Part shown: one piece after another, positions 60,901-64,000 of the stretch
How the letters are laid out: each line of letters begins with the position of its first letter
How positions within the stretch are numbered: position 1 is the stretch's first letter
From: Lama guanicoe
Taxonomy: Eukaryota
Assembly (NCBI GenBank): GCA_013239625.1
Contig: MU053994.1
Coordinates: 1,739,775 to 1,803,774 of the forward strand
Reading direction: 5' to 3'
Length of the DNA: 64,000 nucleotides
Program-made: the position numbers and the translations under genes
Notes under the pieces: generated by a model
The model's database searches: none
What the model was told of the DNA's origin: nothing
Seen by the model: only the letters and a program-made list of their open reading frames with translations

Positions 60901-61582
60901 CCTCAGGGGAACAACTCCCTCCTCTGGTCATATCTCTCCCAATATTTTCATCACCAACCCAAGGAGAGTTCATGTCTCCTGTAACCTCTCTTTCCTCAAC
61001 TTTGCTCAGTTAATGAATCACCGGCTACTTCTGTCTCACTTTTCCTCCTCACCTTCCACCTTCCCCTCTTCCAAATCCTGCCTGGTAATCACAGGGGAGA
61101 GGGGGAAAAAGATCTTCGTTTCTTTTTCTTCATTCCATATCTGAGCTAAAAAAAAAAAATCATGCAATGGCCGTGTGAAATTCTGCCACAGATCCAATGG
61201 AACAGAGAGGGGAAAAGGCTATTCATTTTGAAGCAAAATTAGACAAAATAAAGCGTCAATGTCATCAATCTCTAACAACCCCTGACATTGTCTGGAAGTG
61301 CTATCCATCATCACTGTGACGTCTCCACGTGCCTCCTCAGACCCAGCTAATTCATGTGTTTCTCTTCAAATCCCGATACGGAGCTAGAAGAAAAGTTCTC
61401 CGTTTAAAGTTACTGTTTGCGATATTTATAGTTAATGACTAAGATTACTTTCTACTAGCTTATAGTAGAGGATCCAATGAGTTCATCTGCAGAATGAACT
61501 TAGCACAGTGCCTGGCATAGAGTAAGCACTAAACAACTGTTAGCCAGTTAGCAGTGGCCTGTAGTTTTCATGACAAAGGCAT

Positions 61583-62066
61583 GGTGCTCTGAACAGTTAT
61601 TGCTGTGTAACAAATTACCCCAAAATATAGTGTCAAAAAACAACAGCCATTGTATTCAGCTCACAGATGTCATCCACCAGGAATTCAGACAGGGCATGGC
61701 TGGGTTGGCTTGTCTCTGCTCCACAATGCCTCGGGTCTCCACTGGGAAGACTCGAATGGTTGGGAGTGACTCAGATGACTATGGGCTCGGCAAGCATCTC
61801 TCGCCTCTCTCTCTCCAACATGGTGGCCTCACAGTAGCCAGGCACCTTACCTGGCGGCTTAGGTCTCCAAGAATGAGTGTTCTAGCCAGCAAGGCAGAAG
61901 CTGCATGGCCTTTGGTGACCAGCCTCTGAAGCCAGGTCACGTTACTTCTGTGGTCTTCTTGATTGAAGCAGTCGCAAGCCCACGGGACTCAAGGGGAGGG
62001 GACATAGACCCCATCTCTCAATGGGAAAAGTATAAAAAAAATTTCGGCCATGTTTTAAAGCCACCA
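61583..62066 (-). mobile_element. MaLR LTR (MLT1F/G/H-like)
   Basis: TATTGCTGTGTAACAAATTACCCCAAAA..TCAGGAATTCAGACAGGGC-like..GGCCATGTTTTAAAGCCACCAC. Confidence 0.8.
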
Positions 62067-62134
62067 CTCGGCTATTTCTGGTACACTGACTGTTGAATTG
62101 GCTTTTGTGGGTTAACTGGGAACCTCACAACTCT

Positions 62135-62233
62135 TTTTAGCAGTGTTTCTATGGGAACCATGTTTTTAGGTCCAAGTAACAGACTTGCGAGTTAACACTG
62201 GGACACAACTTATTGATAAAGGGGGACTTCCTG
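62135..62233. mobile_element. Old Tigger-family end (Tigger15a-like)
   Basis: CTATGGGAACCATGTT..CAGACTTGCGAG..GGACACAAC..GGGGGACTTCCTG. Confidence 0.45.
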
Positions 62234-62289
62234 AATTTTCATCCCTCCACTCAGTGTCTAACACTGTGAACGTAGCTACTGATATTATT

Positions 62290-62535
62290 ATTAATTAGCA
62301 CTGCTTATTGAGCGCTCCCTATGTACTAGGTTCTAAGCTCAGCACTCTACCTGGATTAGATTCTTTGATCCTCCCAACAATGCTATAGATGCTATAGTTA
62401 TTCCCATTTTACAGATGGGGAAACTGAGGCTTAGAGAAGGCAAGTGATGAGCCAGAGATCACTCAGCTAGGACTGTGACTCGGATTTTGAAACCAGGTCT
62501 GTCTGATGCCCAAGCCCATGCATAACTACCACAGT
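62290..62535 (-). mobile_element. MIR SINE, near full length
   Basis: CTTATTGAGCGCT..ATCCTCCCAACAA..CCCATTTTACAGATGGGGAAACTGAGGCTTAGAGAAGG..CCAGGTCTGTCTGA. Confidence 0.88.
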
Positions 62536-63689
62536 GCACTGACTTCATAAGTGCCATGTGAGGGAAGGAAAGCTTCTGGAGATGTGTTAAAGGCCAGAGA
62601 GGTCTCTCCAGGGGAACGAACCTAACAGGAAAACGGCCTCAGATGTAGCCATCAGTCCCCACCACGGGTGACCCGTTCTTGTGCCAGCAGGTCAAGGGGC
62701 ACTAAAGGGACTGCCTTCCTTGTTGCGTGGATCTGGGTCACACAGTCCCTTCATGTGGTCACAGCCAATTTGCCTCCCTGCCTAGCCCCTGAGCTGCCAG
62801 CCTTCTCCCTCTGTCCCCACCAGCTCCATCTTTCCTAAACCAGAGCAAACCAGGCCACACTCAGCTTTTTGTCCCCAGGCACGGATGGGGAATGAACGGC
62901 CGTTTTGTCCCAGGCTGTACAAAGCCATTTGTGCTGGGGCAGCTCCCGGGGGAGTTGGGGGGAGGGGAGTGGGGGTTGAGCAGGAGGCGAGGCAAACACA
63001 ACCCCATTCTCCCAGGCTGGTTCACAGACAGCAACTACATGCAGGCGGCAGGCAGGGCTCAGGCTGGAACCCGTGGCCCCAAGGGCTGCTCAAGGGGCAA
63101 AGAGGCTGTTGCTGGTGGGCTGTCCCCAGAGGTCTCTCAGTCAAGTGTCTGTGTCACCAGCCCCAGCCTCCCCTACTCCAAGTTTCCCCGGCATGCCTCC
63201 TCTGCCTCGCATCCTGCAGTTTGGGATGAGAAAACCCCCTTGTATGGGGTCTTTGCAATAACGATGAAAGCCTTTTTTTTTTCCTTTTAAAGAATTCATC
63301 TCTGCATTCCAGAAGGGGCATTTATCACCCCGTGCCCAGACTGCAGACATCTCCCTGCTTCAGATCCTCCTGCCCAGAAAGGCGGCCTTGTCAGACACAT
63401 GAAACCAGCCCCTCCGGACATCTGGACAAGGAGCAGCCCTTTGGCTGAGCACGAGCCCGTCCTGAATGCCACAGACCGTGAAAGGAGAGCCCTTGTTCCT
63501 GGTCCAAATCGCCTCGCTAAATGGATGCAGCTGGACACAGTGGGGGCGGTGGTGGGGATGGGGGAGCCAGGCCCTCTTGGCGGCCGCCCCAGACACCTCT
63601 ACGGGGCAATCTGAAAGGCAAGTTTGCTTTGGGAAGAAGCTCCTGGAGCTGACTTAATGACACCGTTTCCGCCAATGTTAAGAAAGCTC

Positions 63690-64000
63690 AGTGGGTAACT
63701 GTGGCTTTTGTCTGCCCAGTACCCCCATCTTCTAGAGACAGACTCTTTCTTTCCTATGGGCAACCAGTTTCAATAAAGGGTCAGAGCTTGCCACTACTCT
63801 CTCCCACCTCACCCCCCATCCAGGGGACTAGGACCCAGCCCTGGTCAGCCAATCAGTTTACTCCAATACCGGGGCACAGTCATTGGATGTTTGACATTAG
63901 TTTGGCCAATCAGAGCCCTCCTTGAGACTTTACTCCCAGAGGTGAGGACTCTGTTTCCACTAGGGTAGCAGCCACCTTGCCCACCATATGACTTGGAGCT
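63690..64000 (+). mobile_element. MaLR LTR (MLT1K/L-like), cut by window edge
   Basis: GACCCAGCCCTGGTCAGCCAATCAG..TTGGCCAATCAGAGCCC..GCAGCCACCTTGCCCACCA. Confidence 0.55.

Noticed and set aside
1..64000. CRISPR array, operon or prokaryotic defence system
   Set aside because: Sequence is clearly mammalian; no regularly spaced repeat-spacer array and no dense coding structure

Overview
Mammalian nuclear DNA, most likely from a camelid (alpaca/llama/camel), inferred from three tRNA-derived SINEs of the Tylopoda type and a camelid-type L1 3' end. I find no supportable protein-coding exon, functional RNA gene or CRISPR array; the ORF track is explained by repeats or chance. The window looks intergenic or deep-intronic. 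It is a mosaic of old interspersed repeats (MaLR MLT1, ERVL LTR16/LTR33/MLT2/MER21, ERV1 MER34-like LTRs, L1M, L2, CR1/L3, MIR, hAT-Charlie MITEs, Tigger) separated by repeat-free, motif-dense blocks that look like developmental enhancers, plus one small CpG island with a TATA box at about 14.1-14.5 kb. The most notable observations are a roughly 1.1 kb CR1/L3 relic that still shows a readable endonuclease domain, two further L3 RT relics, a three-layer ERVL>L1>SINE nested insertion with visible TSDs, and recurring RFX X-boxes in the repeat-free blocks. Repeat subfamily names are recalled from consensus sequences and boundaries are approximate; neither was checked against a database. I could not establish a previously undescribed biological system here.
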